Below, piece after piece: positions 49,841-61,163 of a stretch of 64,000 nt of DNA. A program made the translations under genes and the position numbers. The notes under the pieces are model-generated. The model made no database searches, had not been told where the DNA came from, and saw nothing but the letters and a program-made list of their open reading frames with translations. Position 1 is the stretch's first letter; each line of letters opens with the position of its first letter. This DNA comes from Longimicrobiales bacterium (lineage in GTDB: Bacteria; Gemmatimonadota; Gemmatimonadetes; Longimicrobiales; Gaopeijiaceae): positions 512,001-576,000 of the forward strand of contig CBDDCX010000006.1 in assembly GCA_965226375.1 (NCBI GenBank). The letters are read 5' to 3'.

Positions 49841-50806
49841 ATGAACACACGACCGAAACTCCTGATCGCAGGCATCACCAGCCTGGCTCTCCTGGGCATT
49901 GCGGGTGCAAGGATCCAGGCTCGCCTATCGGCGCACGCGAGCCCGGACGGGACGCAAGTAGCAGAAGAGGCCGAGCAGCTGCGCACGCATTACGCCTCTC
50001 TCGGTGAGGAGGTATTCGCCCGTCGATTCGACGTCCGAGACGGTCGGCTCGAAGTGGATCTCGCCGATGCGGATGTAGTGCTGGAGACCACCTCCGGGTC
50101 CACGGTGGACGTTCGCGCATACGTGGATGCCGCGGACGGCGACATGGAATGGGCCTCAGCAGTCTTCGCGGACATGGACTTCAGTGCAACCGAGCGAGGC
50201 GGCACGGTCTACGGCGAAGCCGATGACCATAACATCAGCAACAACGAGTGGCGCGACCACCGACACTTCTCGGTGACCGTCGTCGTGGCCATTCCCGAGG
50301 GCATGGACGTCAGAGTCCAGACCGATGACGGTGACATCGAGGCCAACGGCCTCTCCGGCAACACCGTCCTGAAAAGCTCGGATGGAGACATAGTCGTAGA
50401 CGCCGCCGAGGGCGGTGATCTCGACATCCATACCTCTGACGGAGACATCGTGGTCGACCGTCTCGAGAGCCGGCACGCCGAGATTCGGACCTCCGACGGT
50501 GACGTGATCCTCCGCTCCGTACGAGCTCCCTTGGACGTGGCCTCCGGAGACGGGGACATTCGTATCAACCTGTTAGAGGCGTATGAGACGTCCGTCTCGA
50601 CGGGCGATGGAGACATCGTGCTCACGGCTCCGGCCAACATCGCCGCGGACGTGCGGATGGATGGTGAGGATCTCAGTGTCCAGCAGGGTCTTCAGCTTCT
50701 GGGCCACATCCGGGAGCACTCGGTGCAGGGCACACTGAACGGTGGAGGCCCGACCATCGACCTACGAACCGGAGACGGATCGATCTCGCTTCGCGAGGGG
50801 AACTGA
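49841..50806 (+). CDS. DUF4097 / adhesin-like beta-strand repeat protein
   Basis: Signal peptide and repeated (T/S)xDGD(I/V) motifs. Confidence 0.8.
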   Translation: MNTRPKLLIAGITSLALLGIAGARIQARLSAHASPDGTQVAEEAEQLRTHYASLGEEVFARRFDVRDGRLEVDLADADVVLETTSGSTVDVRAYVDAADGDMEWASAVFADMDFSATERGGTVYGEADDHNISNNEWRDHRHFSVTVVVAIPEGMDVRVQTDDGDIEANGLSGNTVLKSSDGDIVVDAAEGGDLDIHTSDGDIVVDRLESRHAEIRTSDGDVILRSVRAPLDVASGDGDIRINLLEAYETSVSTGDGDIVLTAPANIAADVRMDGEDLSVQQGLQLLGHIREHSVQGTLNGGGPTIDLRTGDGSISLREGN

Positions 50807-50822
50807 TACTTTCAGCGGTCGT

Positions 50823-50862
50823 AAAAAAAACGCCCCGCGGGCCGTTGAGTCCGCGGGGCGTT
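50823..50862 (-). terminator. Intrinsic terminator after the cold-shock gene (possibly bidirectional)
   Basis: A8-CGCCCCGCGG...CCGCGGGGCG-TT. Confidence 0.85.
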
Positions 50863-50884
50863 CATACTTGGGATCGGAGCGCGG

Positions 50885-51085
50885 CTAAGCCCTGACAACG
50901 TTCGCGGCTTGGCACCCCTTCTCAGTCGTGCTCAGATCGAATTCCACTTCTTCGCCCTCCGCAAGCGTGCGAAAGCCGTCCCCCACGATAGAGGAGAAAT
51001 GGACGAAAACGTCCTCACCCTCCTGTTGAGAGATGAAGCCATACCCCTTCGAATCGTTGAACCACTTGACCGTCCCTTTGGACAT
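50885..51085 (-). CDS. Cold-shock protein (CspA family)
   Basis: [23 protein letters not shown]. Confidence 0.95.
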   Translation of the reverse strand: MSKGTVKWFNDSKGYGFISQQEGEDVFVHFSSIVGDGFRTLAEGEEVEFDLSTTEKGCQAANVVRA

Positions 51086-51285
51086 TCGGACTACTCCTTG
51101 TGCAGCATGAAACACTAGCTCCTCGGCGCCTTGGGCTCGCGGTCAAGCCGACGGCGCAATCGGGTCTGCCGACCCACGCTCTAGGTTAGGGGAATGGCAG
51201 GCCCACCGTCAAGCCGACCTTCCAGGAGGTAGCCCGTAGCTGATGTTGGGTAGACACCGAGCGGGGTAAGGCGCCGGACACTGCC

Positions 51286-53676
51286 TCAATCTTGCCCGTA
51301 GAGGAAGCGGTACACGTGCATGTTCCGCGTAATGTTCTTCACGTAGCCACGGGTCTCGTCGAAGGGAATTCGCTCGGTAAATCTCAAGGGATCCTGAGCC
51401 TCCGGAAGCTGCCGCCAACGTCGGGCTCGCGTCGGACCGGCGTTATACGCCGAGAGCGCGAGGGGGAGGTTGCCTGATCCGTATCGACGCTCCATGTCCA
51501 CCCAGAACGTGGTGCCCAGGTGGAGGTTGATCTCGGCCGTCTCCAGGCTTTCGGGGGTGAAGCCCGGTATGCCTTGCCCCCTCGCCAGCTGCCGGCCGGT
51601 CGCCGGCATCACCTGCATCAGACCGATCGCGCCCGCGGGAGACTTGATCGCCGGGGCGAACGCCGATTCCTGCCGGATCAGGGAGGCTAGAAAGAGGGGC
51701 TCGATGCCGGCCTCCACAGCCTCGCGAGTCACGATCTCGCGGTAAGGGAAGGGATAGAGCACGCCAAGGAGTCTCCGGGTGTAAGGATTCCCCTCCCGTA
51801 ACAGCTTCCAGCCCACATTGATCCCGTAGATGGTGAAGCCACGCTCGATCAAGCCGTCGGCCAGGTCCAAACTCGCCGGGACCGAACCGTCCACACGTGC
51901 GATGAGCTGCTGAACCTGAGCCTCTGCGGCATCGTCCAAGTCGGCAGCGGTGAGGAGGTCCAACGTGGTCAGACCCTCTTTCAGCCACTCGGACGGATCG
52001 GAGACCGGCCCGGCGGGCACTTCTGGGTCGAAGGGCTCCTCCAAGCGTTCCGACGCGAGAGCTCCATAGTAGGAGATGGGACTCCCTTCCTGGATCATCT
52101 CCAGGTAGCCCTGGGCCTCGGAGTCCCTGCCCAGCGCTTCGAGGCTTCGGGCGGCCCAGTACGCGGCCTGCTCCCAGCGCTGTCCCTGCGGGAAGTCGCT
52201 CACATAGGTCTGGAAGACGTCTGCCGCCGCTGCGTGGTCGTCTTGCGACAGGTGAATCTGGCCCAGGCGCATCCGCGCGTGACCAGCGGAGTTGAGAGTT
52301 GGCGCCATGGTCATGGCTCTCTCGAACCCGGCAACAGCCTCAGCTCGCGCACCCCGATCCTGAGCAGCGGCGGCCCACGCGAACACAATGTCCACGGCCT
52401 GGCGGCTCTCGGGAAAGCGCTCGATGATCCAGCCCTGGATGGTACGCGAGGCATCCCGCCGCCCCTGCCGCCTACGTGTCCGAAGCCATTGATCGAGGAC
52501 TCGGAGTTCGAATTCGGGATCATCGGTCTCAACGAGGAGTCGAAACTCCCGGACCGCCGCTTCATGTGCTCTCGTCGCCGAGAGGAGACGGGCCATGATC
52601 AAACGCACCGCCGGGTCCGATGCCACCGAATCCGGAAGTAGATCTTCGTATCGCCGGTATGCCGCCAAGGCGCGTCGATCGTCGCGGACGCGATCGAGAG
52701 TCTGGGCAGCCAGGAGCACGAGATCAGCGTCCAGTTCGTTCATGTCGATCAATGCGCTCGCGGCCTGTGCGCCACTGACCCCGCGAGGATACACCGACAG
52801 GGAGGCCACCAGGGCCTCCCGCGCCCCGGCGGAGTCCGGGCGGGCGAGCCTCAAGAGCCCCACCGTGGAGAGGGCCCGCCCACGACGGGATGCTCGGGTC
52901 TCGGCGTCGAGGGTAAGCAGATACGCTCTCAGGGCTCCGCTGGAGTCCCCGGCCACAAGAAAGGTCCGAGCCTCGATGTCCCATGCCGCGTCGGCCGCCG
53001 TCGAGTCCCTCCGGACCCACGGAAGCAATTCCGCGACGTGCGGTGCATCACCGTTGTCCGACAGCCACTCCGCAACATCAAGGGCGGTCCAAGCCACCAG
53101 CTTCGGGGACGCCCTACCGGCCATCTCCAGGGCCTCTTCGACGGAGCCCCAGCGGCCAGCACGTGCTGCAACGCGAGCCTCTCTGGACGCTTCAGGCGCT
53201 AAGACACCGCTGCTCGAGCCCTTGGCCCTGAAACGAGCGAAGCTCTCGGTGGCAGCGTCCCAGCGCCCTGCCGCCTCCAGCCCCCTGGCCAACAACCGTC
53301 GACCCTCGGCACCCTCCAGCTCATCCAGCCAGTCCTCCCCCTCGAGATCTTCCACCACCGCCGACCAGTTCTTCCAGCCGGCATCCGCACGAGCCAGAAG
53401 AAGTATCTCCGAGGGATCCCTACTTTCGCCCGCGTCGGCTCTCGATCGTAACAGGCGACTCGCATGCCAATATCGGCCGGCGTCGAACTCGGCTCTCGCT
53501 GAATCCAGGGCAGGATCGGTTACGGCGAGGACGGGTATGCTGGTCGTGCCGGGCGCGGGCGAATCGCTCCAGGCCTGAGAAGCGGATGTGCCCGCCCAAA
53601 CGAGCGCGAGGACAAAAAGTGTACCGCCGAATCTCACAGTGCTCGAAACCCCACCGAAGCGTACTGAAGAAGCCAA
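51286..53676 (-). CDS. TPR-containing soluble lytic transglycosylase (Slt family)
   Basis: IRQES, AIGLMQVMPAT, AYNAGP, IPFDETRGYV. Confidence 0.9.
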   Translation of the reverse strand: MASSVRFGGVSSTVRFGGTLFVLALVWAGTSASQAWSDSPAPGTTSIPVLAVTDPALDSARAEFDAGRYWHASRLLRSRADAGESRDPSEILLLARADAGWKNWSAVVEDLEGEDWLDELEGAEGRRLLARGLEAAGRWDAATESFARFRAKGSSSGVLAPEASREARVAARAGRWGSVEEALEMAGRASPKLVAWTALDVAEWLSDNGDAPHVAELLPWVRRDSTAADAAWDIEARTFLVAGDSSGALRAYLLTLDAETRASRRGRALSTVGLLRLARPDSAGAREALVASLSVYPRGVSGAQAASALIDMNELDADLVLLAAQTLDRVRDDRRALAAYRRYEDLLPDSVASDPAVRLIMARLLSATRAHEAAVREFRLLVETDDPEFELRVLDQWLRTRRRQGRRDASRTIQGWIIERFPESRQAVDIVFAWAAAAQDRGARAEAVAGFERAMTMAPTLNSAGHARMRLGQIHLSQDDHAAAADVFQTYVSDFPQGQRWEQAAYWAARSLEALGRDSEAQGYLEMIQEGSPISYYGALASERLEEPFDPEVPAGPVSDPSEWLKEGLTTLDLLTAADLDDAAEAQVQQLIARVDGSVPASLDLADGLIERGFTIYGINVGWKLLREGNPYTRRLLGVLYPFPYREIVTREAVEAGIEPLFLASLIRQESAFAPAIKSPAGAIGLMQVMPATGRQLARGQGIPGFTPESLETAEINLHLGTTFWVDMERRYGSGNLPLALSAYNAGPTRARRWRQLPEAQDPLRFTERIPFDETRGYVKNITRNMHVYRFLYGQD

Positions 53677-53802
53677 CCGACTCTAGATACTAATATTCCG
53701 CTGCCGAAGTTCGCGGAGACCGTATAGTGACGAGACACCAAGACGGGGCGCAGAGGATCGCGAGCGCCCTACCGGTCGGGCCGAGCACAGCCCGAGTGCA
53801 AC

Positions 53803-53837
53803 AAAAAGAGGGGCCACCCCAGCCGGGCGGCCCCTCT
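53803..53837 (-). terminator. Intrinsic terminator
   Basis: AGAGGGGCC...GGCCCCTCT stem with T5 on the minus strand. Confidence 0.7.
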
Positions 53838-53860
53838 CACACTCTTGATCCAGCGCCAGA

Positions 53861-54586
53861 CTAGCTACCAGCTCGATCCGCCTCCATGGAGTGGAGCGCA
53901 TCGATCATCTTCTGAGCCGACTCCTCCATGTCGATCACCAAGCCGTCGATCTTCGCCACGAAGTAATTGTGCGAGATGCTCACGGGAATCGCGATCACCA
54001 GGCCCGCCGCCGTGGTGAGCAACGCCACCTTGATTCCTCCGGCCACCAGCGTCGCCTCGACCTCACCAGCCGCCTCGATGGATTGGAACGCGATGATCAT
54101 CCCGATCACCGTCCCGAGGAAGCCTAGAAGCGGGGCTACGTTGGTCAGCGTGGCCAGAACCACGAGTCCCTTCTCGAGCTTGCTGAGCTCGATAAGGCCC
54201 TGATTCTCGATGGCCTTCATCACACGCTCCGTGCCTTCCTCATGCCGATCGAGACCCGCATAGAGGATATTGGCAGCCGGGGCATCGGAATTCCGAGTGG
54301 CTTCAAGAGCCTCCTCGATGCGATGCTGAGCGAGGAGTTCGTCGACCTCACCGAGAACCTTCTTGGTACGGGAGGATTTCATGAAGAGATCGAAGAACTT
54401 CCAGACAATCACGACGGCACCAATTACCACACAGAGGGCCAGCGGCCCACGCATGAAGCCCATGTCTTCCCAATTCTTCGTCGCCTGCTGTGACAGGGTC
54501 AGGACTGGGGCGTCAGTCCCAGGAATCTGCAGCAGGGCACTGTAGACATGCATCATCACACCGGCCAAAAGGACCTCCAGCTTCAA
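53861..54586 (-). CDS. MotA/TolQ/ExbB proton channel protein
   Basis: APLLGFLGTVIGMI, VAGGIKVALLTTAAGLVIAIP. Confidence 0.92.
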   Translation of the reverse strand: MKLEVLLAGVMMHVYSALLQIPGTDAPVLTLSQQATKNWEDMGFMRGPLALCVVIGAVVIVWKFFDLFMKSSRTKKVLGEVDELLAQHRIEEALEATRNSDAPAANILYAGLDRHEEGTERVMKAIENQGLIELSKLEKGLVVLATLTNVAPLLGFLGTVIGMIIAFQSIEAAGEVEATLVAGGIKVALLTTAAGLVIAIPVSISHNYFVAKIDGLVIDMEESAQKMIDALHSMEADRAGS

Positions 54587-55137
54587 ATGTTTTTTAGCTC
54601 ACGTCTCGGCCCGGAAAGCGGGAGGCTGAGACATCCTGGTTTTTTCAAGGAGTCCGAATTGTGGAGTGGGCCGACAACCCTGTCAACCCCACCTCCCTGA
54701 CAACCTCCTACGGCATCACGCCTTTGATACAAGCCGCATAGTGACCCGTCGCCTTTTCCTCCAACGGGGGAACCACCCGACTACACATTTCGTCCTTCCC
54801 CGGATGGGGACAACGGGGGTGGAAGGGACATCCCGACGGGGGATCCATCGGGCTCGGTACGTCTCCCGGAAGCACTATACGCTCACGGGCCCGTGTGGCT
54901 TTCGGATCGGGTCGCGGGACGGCTGAGAGGAGCGCTCTCGTGTAGGGATGTTGAGGATCCGCATACACATCTTCAGCCGCACCCGACTCGACGATCTTGC
55001 CCAAGTACATGACCGCGACCCGATCACTCACGTACTCTACCACGGCCAGGTCATGCGCAATGAAGAGGTTTTAGCGCCCCCGATTTCTCTGGACAGTAGA
55101 TTGGCAAAGACAGCGGGTCCAGAGAGAAAGGGACGTG

Positions 55138-55497
55138 ATGGCCCAGAAGCCGAGGGAGAACAAGGCGACCGCAGGTCGTGAGAAGGTACCCGAGCGGTGG
55201 AGTGCCCAGCAGAAAACGGAGGTGGTGCTGCGCCTGCTACGGGGTGAGGACCTGGTGGAGGTCAGCCGCGAGGTACAGGTCTCACCGCCGGAGCTGGAGG
55301 AATGGCGGCGGGTGTTCCTGGAGACCGGTCAGCAGGGACTGAGACGCCGGGGCCGAGACCCTGGAGAACGGGAGCTGACCCGGACCCGGGCGAAGCTGGG
55401 AGAGTTGACGATGCGACTGGAGCTTGCGAGAGAACTCCTGGAAAAAAGGGGGTACGGGGACGAGCTGGAGAAGCTCTTGAAGCGCGGACGCGGGTGA
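55138..55497 (+). CDS. IS3-family OrfA (HTH)
   Basis: RWSAQQKTEVVLRLLRGEDL...LEEWRRVFL, then a leucine-zipper-like LGELTMRLEL. Confidence 0.85.
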   Translation: MAQKPRENKATAGREKVPERWSAQQKTEVVLRLLRGEDLVEVSREVQVSPPELEEWRRVFLETGQQGLRRRGRDPGERELTRTRAKLGELTMRLELARELLEKRGYGDELEKLLKRGRG

Positions 55498-56380
55498 GTC
55501 CGGGGACAGGGCGGCTCTACCCTCTGACGATGATCTGCGAGGTCTGGCGGGTGGGGCGCTCGACGGTCTACGCGGCCCGAGATCGAGAAGAGAGCGACGG
55601 GCCGGCAGGGCTGAAGAAGCGCGGACCGAAGACGAAGCTGAGCGACGAGGAGTTGGTGGAGGAGATCCGACAGGTGCTGAAGGAGAGCGACTTCCTGGGC
55701 GAAGGCCACCGGAAGGTCCGGGCCCGTCTGAGAGCCAAGGGGATCGGTGTGGGCAAGAACCGCGTGCTGCGGCTGATGCGGGAGAATGGGCTGCTGGCCC
55801 CCGTACGGCGCGGAAAGCACCCGCGTGGGGACCGGAGCCACAGCGGCCGGATCACGCGACGGATGTGCCGAACGAGCTGTGGGGTACGGACGCGACGCGG
55901 TTCTACACGAAGGAGGATGGGTGGTGCTGGTTCTTCGTGGCGGTGGATCACTGCATCACAGACGTGGTGGGCTGGCACGTGGCGAAGAAGGGCGATCGGT
56001 GGGCAGCGCTCGAGCCGATCCGCCAGGGTGTACGAACCCACATGGACGGCTACGCGCCCAAGATCGCTCTGGGGCTCGGCCTACGGCACGACTGGGGCCC
56101 TCAGTACACCGCCCATCAGTTCCAAGGAGAGCTGGCCTGGCTCGGGATCCGCTCGACGGCCTCGTACGTAGGAGAGCCGGAGTGCAACGGCGTCGCGGAA
56201 CGCTTCATGCGGACGCTGAAGGAAGAGTGCCTGTACCTCCACGACTTCGAGAGCCTCGAGGAGGCCAGGCAGGAGATCGATGCGTTCATCGAACGCTACA
56301 ACCGCGGGTGGCTCCTGGAGCGGCACGGGTATCGGACCCCGGCCCAGGTCCGTCAGGAGCTCACCCTGAAGGCGGCATGA
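55494..56380 (+). pseudogene. IS3-family OrfB DDE integrase core, frameshifted near 55857
   Basis: GHRKVRARL, NRVLRLMRE, then a frame change at ATCACGCGACGGATGTG before WGTDAT, VDHC, RHDWGPQY, NGVAERFMRTLKEE. Confidence 0.85.
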
Positions 56381-57093
56381 TTAGGCCGCCGACTTGTCCA
56401 GGAAACCGGAACCGGTACAGAGGTACGTGAGGCCAAACTCTTTCTGGAGATTTTGCAGAAGATTGATCACCTGTGCCTGAACCGACACGTCCAGCGCAGA
56501 TACGGGTTCATCACACACGATGAAATCGGGCTCGACCGACAGAGCACGTGCAATGCCGATCCTCTGTCTCTGACCTCCGCTGAACTCGTGGGGATAGAGG
56601 TCGGCGTGCTCGGCTCGCAATCCGACGATCTCCAACAACTCACTGACCCGCCGTGTGCGGGCAGATCCGGCTTCGGCAAGGCGGTGGACCTTGAGCACCT
56701 CCTCGAGCATAGAGCCGATGGTCATACGAGGGTTCAGTGAGCTGAACGGGTCCTGGAAGACGATCTGCGCCCGCCTACGAAGGGCGCGCAGCCGTTCTCT
56801 GTCCAAAGCACGGACGTCCTCTCCGTCAAAGACCACCTGGCCCGAGGTCGGCTCGATGAGCCGAAGAATCGCCCGGCCGGCCGTCGACTTTCCACAGCCC
56901 GACTCACCGACGAGGCCCAACGTCTCCCCACGGCGAATCTGAAAACTCACGCCGTCCACGGCCCTCACCTGTCCTACCGTCCGTCCCAAGACACCGCGAT
57001 GCACCGGAAAGTGCTTGACCAGGTCCCGGACCTCGAGGAGGATGTCGCCCGATTTACCTTTCCCAGAACCCGCCGTCATCGTGCCCGCCGCCA

Positions 57094-58128
57094 TCAGGGG
57101 CCCCCGTGGGGATCATCGGGCCCGTCCGAGTCTCGGGATCCCGAGTGGGATTCGGGCTCCTCCATGAGCCAGCAGCGTGCCGACCGCCCCGGCGCCCCTC
57201 CTGCCGCCAGCAGTCCCGGCATCTCACTCTGGCAACGCTCCCATGCAACCGGACAACGCTCAAGAAAGCGGCAGGCAGGTGGCCAATTGACCGGGCTGGG
57301 AACCGTACCCGGAATCGGGTCGATCCGACGTCCTCGAGAGCCGAGCTCGGGCAGGGAGGCGAGGAGGCCCTGTGTGTAAGGGTGCCGGGGCTGCTCGAAG
57401 ATTTCCTCGACCGTGCCGGTCTCGACAACCTGCCCCGCGTACATGACCACAACTCGATCGCACACCTCCGCCACCACACCCAGGTCGTGGGTGATGAGAA
57501 GCATGGCCATCCCGTGGGTCCGCCGGAGAGCCGCAAGTATGTCGAGGATCTGCGCCTGGATTGTGACGTCCAAGGCGGTGGTGGGCTCGTCTGCAATCAA
57601 CAGCATCGGCTCACACGACAGGGCCATCGCGATCATGACCCGCTGTCGCATCCCTCCGGAAAGCTGATGGGGATACTCGTCGAAACGCTGTTCGGGCTCG
57701 GGAATCCGTACCTCACCTAGTAACCTGACACTCTCCGTCCGGGCCTCCCGCTTGGTCAGTCCGCGGTGCACCCGCAGAGCCTCGGCAATCTGGCTCCCCA
57801 CCGAGAAGACCGGATTCAGCGAGGTCATGGGTTCCTGGAAAATCATGGCGATGTCGTTGCCGCGGATCTCCCTGAGTCGCCGGTTCGATGCACCCACCAA
57901 CTCCTCGCCACCGAACCGGATCGAGCTCCCCGGAAGGATCTCGCCCGGTGGATCGGGAATCAGGCCCATGATCGAGAGAGACGTGACCGTCTTACCGCAC
58001 CCGGACTCGCCTACGATGCCCACCGTCTCCCCCTCCTCCACATGGAAGGAAATGCGGTCTACCGCCCGTGCGACACCTGCGTCGGTACTGAAGTAGGTGC
58101 ACAAGTCGCGGACCTCGAGGAGCGGCAT
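57094..58128 (-). CDS. Oligopeptide ABC ATPase (OppD/DppD-type)
   Basis: [36 protein letters not shown]. Confidence 0.93.
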   Translation of the reverse strand: MPLLEVRDLCTYFSTDAGVARAVDRISFHVEEGETVGIVGESGCGKTVTSLSIMGLIPDPPGEILPGSSIRFGGEELVGASNRRLREIRGNDIAMIFQEPMTSLNPVFSVGSQIAEALRVHRGLTKREARTESVRLLGEVRIPEPEQRFDEYPHQLSGGMRQRVMIAMALSCEPMLLIADEPTTALDVTIQAQILDILAALRRTHGMAMLLITHDLGVVAEVCDRVVVMYAGQVVETGTVEEIFEQPRHPYTQGLLASLPELGSRGRRIDPIPGTVPSPVNWPPACRFLERCPVAWERCQSEMPGLLAAGGAPGRSARCWLMEEPESHSGSRDSDGPDDPHGGP

Positions 58129-58153
58129 CAGGCGGTCCTCACTTCTATAGGCG

Positions 58154-59302
58154 TCATGACCTCAACCTGGGGTCTAACGCGTCTCTCAGGCCATCTCCGA
58201 CCAGGTTGAACGCCACCACCGTGAAAACGATGGCGAGGCCCGGGAAGGTGGAGATCCACCAAGCGCCGAGCAGGTTGTCACGGCCGGCGGCCACCATCGA
58301 GCCCCACGAGGGGGTGGGCGGCTGGATCCCAATACCCAGAAAGGAAAGTCCGGCCTCGAGGATGATCACGTTACCTATGCCCAGAGTCGCGGCCACGATT
58401 ACGGGCGCCATGGTGTTGGGGATCACATGACGAAGGATGATGCGCGTCCGCGTGAAGCCTAAGGCGTGAGCCGCCTGAATGAATTCGCACTCCCGCAAGC
58501 TGAGCACTTCCCCCCGCACCAAGCGGGTGGTCCCGGGCCACTGTGTGAACCCGAGGACGGCAATGATCAAGAGGATGGAGGATTGATTGAAGAGGGCGAT
58601 GATCACGATGAGAAGCACGAGAGGCGGAAACGAGATGACCATGTCGACAAAGCGCATGACAACCGCGTCGACCTTTCCTCCCAGAAAGCCCGAGATCGCG
58701 CCCAGCAGTGTCCCGATGGTCACGCTGATCCCCACGGCTACGAACCCGATGGATAGGGAGATCCGCGCCCCGTAAAGGATGCGTGAGAACACATCGCGGG
58801 CCAGACCGTCCGTGCCGAGGGGAAAACCACCACCGGGGGCCAGCATCCTCTGAGTGGTCAGCGAGTTCTGGACCGTCGGATCGTGGGGAGAGATCAGGGG
58901 AGTAATCAGAGCTGTGAGGTATAGGCATGTAAGGATGATCAAGCCGACGACCGCAATCCGGTTCCGCCTGAAGGCCCGCACGGCCATGCTCCAGTGGCTG
59001 ACCCCTTCCTTACTCACGGATTCGGAGCGCGTCACGTCGCTCATCGACCACGCCCAGGCGACGAGAAGTCCGGCCACCACGGTCAGCGCCGCGAGGCGAT
59101 GATCCCCTGGACCTGCCCAAGCGGCTCGGAACCGGCCCGCCCGTGTCGCGAGCACACCCATGAAGCCGATCCACACCAGGAGGCTCATGGTTCCGACTCC
59201 CCAACGGCCAGCTAGAAGTTGGGGAAGTCCGGGCAACACCGCCGAGAGCGGCGCTCCTCCACGGCCTGGGCGCGGCGGACGGTTTACCGCGGGATCAGTC
59301 AT
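58154..59302 (-). CDS. Oligopeptide ABC permease (OppC/DppC-type) with an N-terminal extension
   Basis: [46 protein letters not shown]. Confidence 0.92.
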   Translation of the reverse strand: MTDPAVNRPPRPGRGGAPLSAVLPGLPQLLAGRWGVGTMSLLVWIGFMGVLATRAGRFRAAWAGPGDHRLAALTVVAGLLVAWAWSMSDVTRSESVSKEGVSHWSMAVRAFRRNRIAVVGLIILTCLYLTALITPLISPHDPTVQNSLTTQRMLAPGGGFPLGTDGLARDVFSRILYGARISLSIGFVAVGISVTIGTLLGAISGFLGGKVDAVVMRFVDMVISFPPLVLLIVIIALFNQSSILLIIAVLGFTQWPGTTRLVRGEVLSLRECEFIQAAHALGFTRTRIILRHVIPNTMAPVIVAATLGIGNVIILEAGLSFLGIGIQPPTPSWGSMVAAGRDNLLGAWWISTFPGLAIVFTVVAFNLVGDGLRDALDPRLRS

Positions 59303-59755
59303 ACCGGATCCTCGGGTCCACCACGGCATAGAGCAGATCCGCGATCAGGTTACCGATCACGACCATATTGCCGAAGATGAGGCTCCCGCCCATGATCACC
59401 GGATAGTCCCGCTGTGAGATGCCGTCGACGATCAGCTTGCCCATCCCCGGCCAGGCAAAGACCCACTCGATGAACACAGTCCCACTGAAGAGAAAGGGAA
59501 GGTAGAGCCCAAGCAGCGTGATGACCGGAATGAGCCCGTTGCGCAGTGCGTGCTTCATGACGACCACCGGCTCGGAGAGCCCCTTGGCGCGAGCCGTCCG
59601 AACGAAGTCCTGGCGGATCACCTCCAACATGCTGCCGCGAGTGAATCGCGCAATTCCGGCCGCCAGCACCAGGGACAGCGAAGTGGCCGGAAGCGCCAGG
59701 TGCATGAACCTGTCCTGCACCTTCTGCAGTGGAGACATGAACGGGTATTGGGCCA

Positions 59756-60802
59756 ATGGGGTATTGCCTTAAGTCCACCGCCCACTACATGTTGTGGTCA
59801 TGGCGGTTCCGGCTTCTCAGCTCCGTGGCGGCGTGGACTATCCCCGTACGCGGCTGGAGTTGGACGAGTTCTTCCCCGACGATGCGGCATGCCTGGAGTA
59901 CGTGGAGGGTCTGCGCTGGCCGGAAGGGTTTGTGTGCGTGGGCTGTGGCGGGTTGGGAGAGGTCTGGCGAGCATCGCGGGGGCGTCTCGTCTGCCCACAC
60001 TGTCGAAGGCAGACCTCGGTGCTGGCGGGAACCGTGTTCCACCGCACGCGCTCGCCCCTGCGTCTGTGGTTTCTCGCTGCCTGGGAGCTCACGAGCCAGA
60101 AATACGGAGCCAATGCTCTCGGGCTCCAGCGCGTGCTCGGACTGGGAAGCTACAAGACAGCGTGGGTCTGGCTCCACAAGCTCCGCCGGGCCATGGTCCG
60201 ACCGGATCGCGACCAGCTGAGCGGCGTTGTGCAAGTGGACGAGAGCTATGTCGGGGGCGTGGAGGCTGGAGTGCGGGGCCGCGAGACGATCAAGAAGGCC
60301 ATCGTCGCGATCGCCGCCGAGGTCGACGGACGCAAGATCGGGAGAATACGGCTGCGTTGGGTGCCCGACCTCTCCGCTCCGGTTCTGCGAGGCTTCGTCA
60401 AGGATAGCATCGCACCGGCAAGCACGGTGCATACCGACGGATGGCCAAGCTATCAGGGACTCGCCAAACTGGGCTTTCGCCACACGGTCACGAACCTCTC
60501 GACCTCCGGCGATCCCGCTCACGTGCTCATGTCGGCCGTACATCGGGTGGCGTCTCTCCTCAAGCGCTGGGTCCTCGGAACCCTCCAAGGAGGGATCGCC
60601 CGCGAACACCTCCCCTACTATCTGGACGAGTTCACCTTTCGCTTCAACCGACGCACATCCCGGGCTCGCGGCCTGTTGTTCTACCGCTTGCTTGAGCAGG
60701 CTGTTCAGTGTGCTCCCACGCCAGCTTCGGCCCTTTACCTCGGCACCGGACGTGGGAAACGGCCCGCAGAGCCCCGGTAACCACTATATCTTGGGGTCGG
60801 TG
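59756..60802 (+). mobile_element. IS1595-family element, copy 2 (right inverted repeat truncated)
   Basis: Matches copy 3 up to ...TTGGGGTCGGTG at 60802. Confidence 0.9.
59794..60780 (+). CDS. IS1595-family transposase, copy 2
   Basis: Protein identical to 4348-5334. Confidence 0.95.
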   Translation: MVMAVPASQLRGGVDYPRTRLELDEFFPDDAACLEYVEGLRWPEGFVCVGCGGLGEVWRASRGRLVCPHCRRQTSVLAGTVFHRTRSPLRLWFLAAWELTSQKYGANALGLQRVLGLGSYKTAWVWLHKLRRAMVRPDRDQLSGVVQVDESYVGGVEAGVRGRETIKKAIVAIAAEVDGRKIGRIRLRWVPDLSAPVLRGFVKDSIAPASTVHTDGWPSYQGLAKLGFRHTVTNLSTSGDPAHVLMSAVHRVASLLKRWVLGTLQGGIAREHLPYYLDEFTFRFNRRTSRARGLLFYRLLEQAVQCAPTPASALYLGTGRGKRPAEPR

Positions 60803-60820
60803 TCTTCTGATGTCGTTGGG

Positions 60821-60890
60821 ATGGAGAAGGGCTCCGGGATCGTTGTGTGCCCGTACAATGAGGCTTGGCCGCTCGAGTTCGAGCGAGTTC
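60821..60890 (+). pseudogene. 5' fragment of a GrpB/UPF0157-like gene
   Basis: MEKGSGIVVCPYNEAWPLEFERV resembles the GrpB N-terminal IxVVPYDPxWPxxF motif. Confidence 0.55.
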
Positions 60891-61163
60891 GTATTGCCTT
60901 AAGTCCACCGCCCACTACATGTTGTGGTCATGGCGGTTCCGGCTTCTCAGCTCCGTGGCGGCGTGGACTATCCCCGTACGCGGCTGGAGACTGGACGAGT
61001 TCTTCCCCGACGATGCGGCATGCCTGGAGTACGTGGAGGGTCTGCGCTGGCCGGAAGGGTTTGTGTGCGTGGGCTGTGGCGGGTTGGGAGAGGTCTGGCG
61101 AGCATCGCGGGGGCGTCTCGTCTGCCCACACTGTCGAAGGCAGACCTCGGTGCTGGCGGGAAC
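60891..61163 (+). mobile_element. Partial IS1595 copy (left about 270 bp, lacking the first 5 bp)
   Basis: Matches the element left end apart from GAGAC versus GAGT near 60989. Confidence 0.9.

Larger units (their letters stand above)
55070..56419 (+). mobile_element. IS3-family insertion sequence (1350 bp)
   Basis: Imperfect terminal inverted repeats TTTAGCGCCCCCGATTTCTCTGGACA / TGTCCAGGAAACCGGAACCGGTACA; 5-bp target duplication GAGGT at 55065-55069 and 56420-56424. Confidence 0.9.
54708..57094 (-). pseudogene. Oligopeptide/dipeptide ABC ATPase (OppF/DppF-type) split by an IS3 insertion
   Basis: 5' part 56420-57094 ([34 protein letters not shown]) and 3' part 54708-55069 ([16 protein letters not shown]...CPFHPRCP) rejoin in frame when the IS and one GAGGT are removed. 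Confidence 0.92.

Noticed and set aside
50320..50790. Repeated GACGGAGACATC-like DNA motifs
   Set aside because: Fully explained by the protein-level DGDI repeats of the DUF4097 domain
51086..51285. GTCAAGCCGAC occurring twice in the csp upstream region
   Set aside because: A short GC-rich repeat; a structured csp leader is plausible but cannot be supported from sequence alone
59751..59761. Alternative IS boundary CATATGGGG...CCCCCTTAG with a 3-bp GGC duplication
   Set aside because: Requires a 1-bp deletion in copy 2; the ATGGGG boundary is shared by all three full copies and gives the 8-bp duplication typical of IS1595 (with one mismatch)
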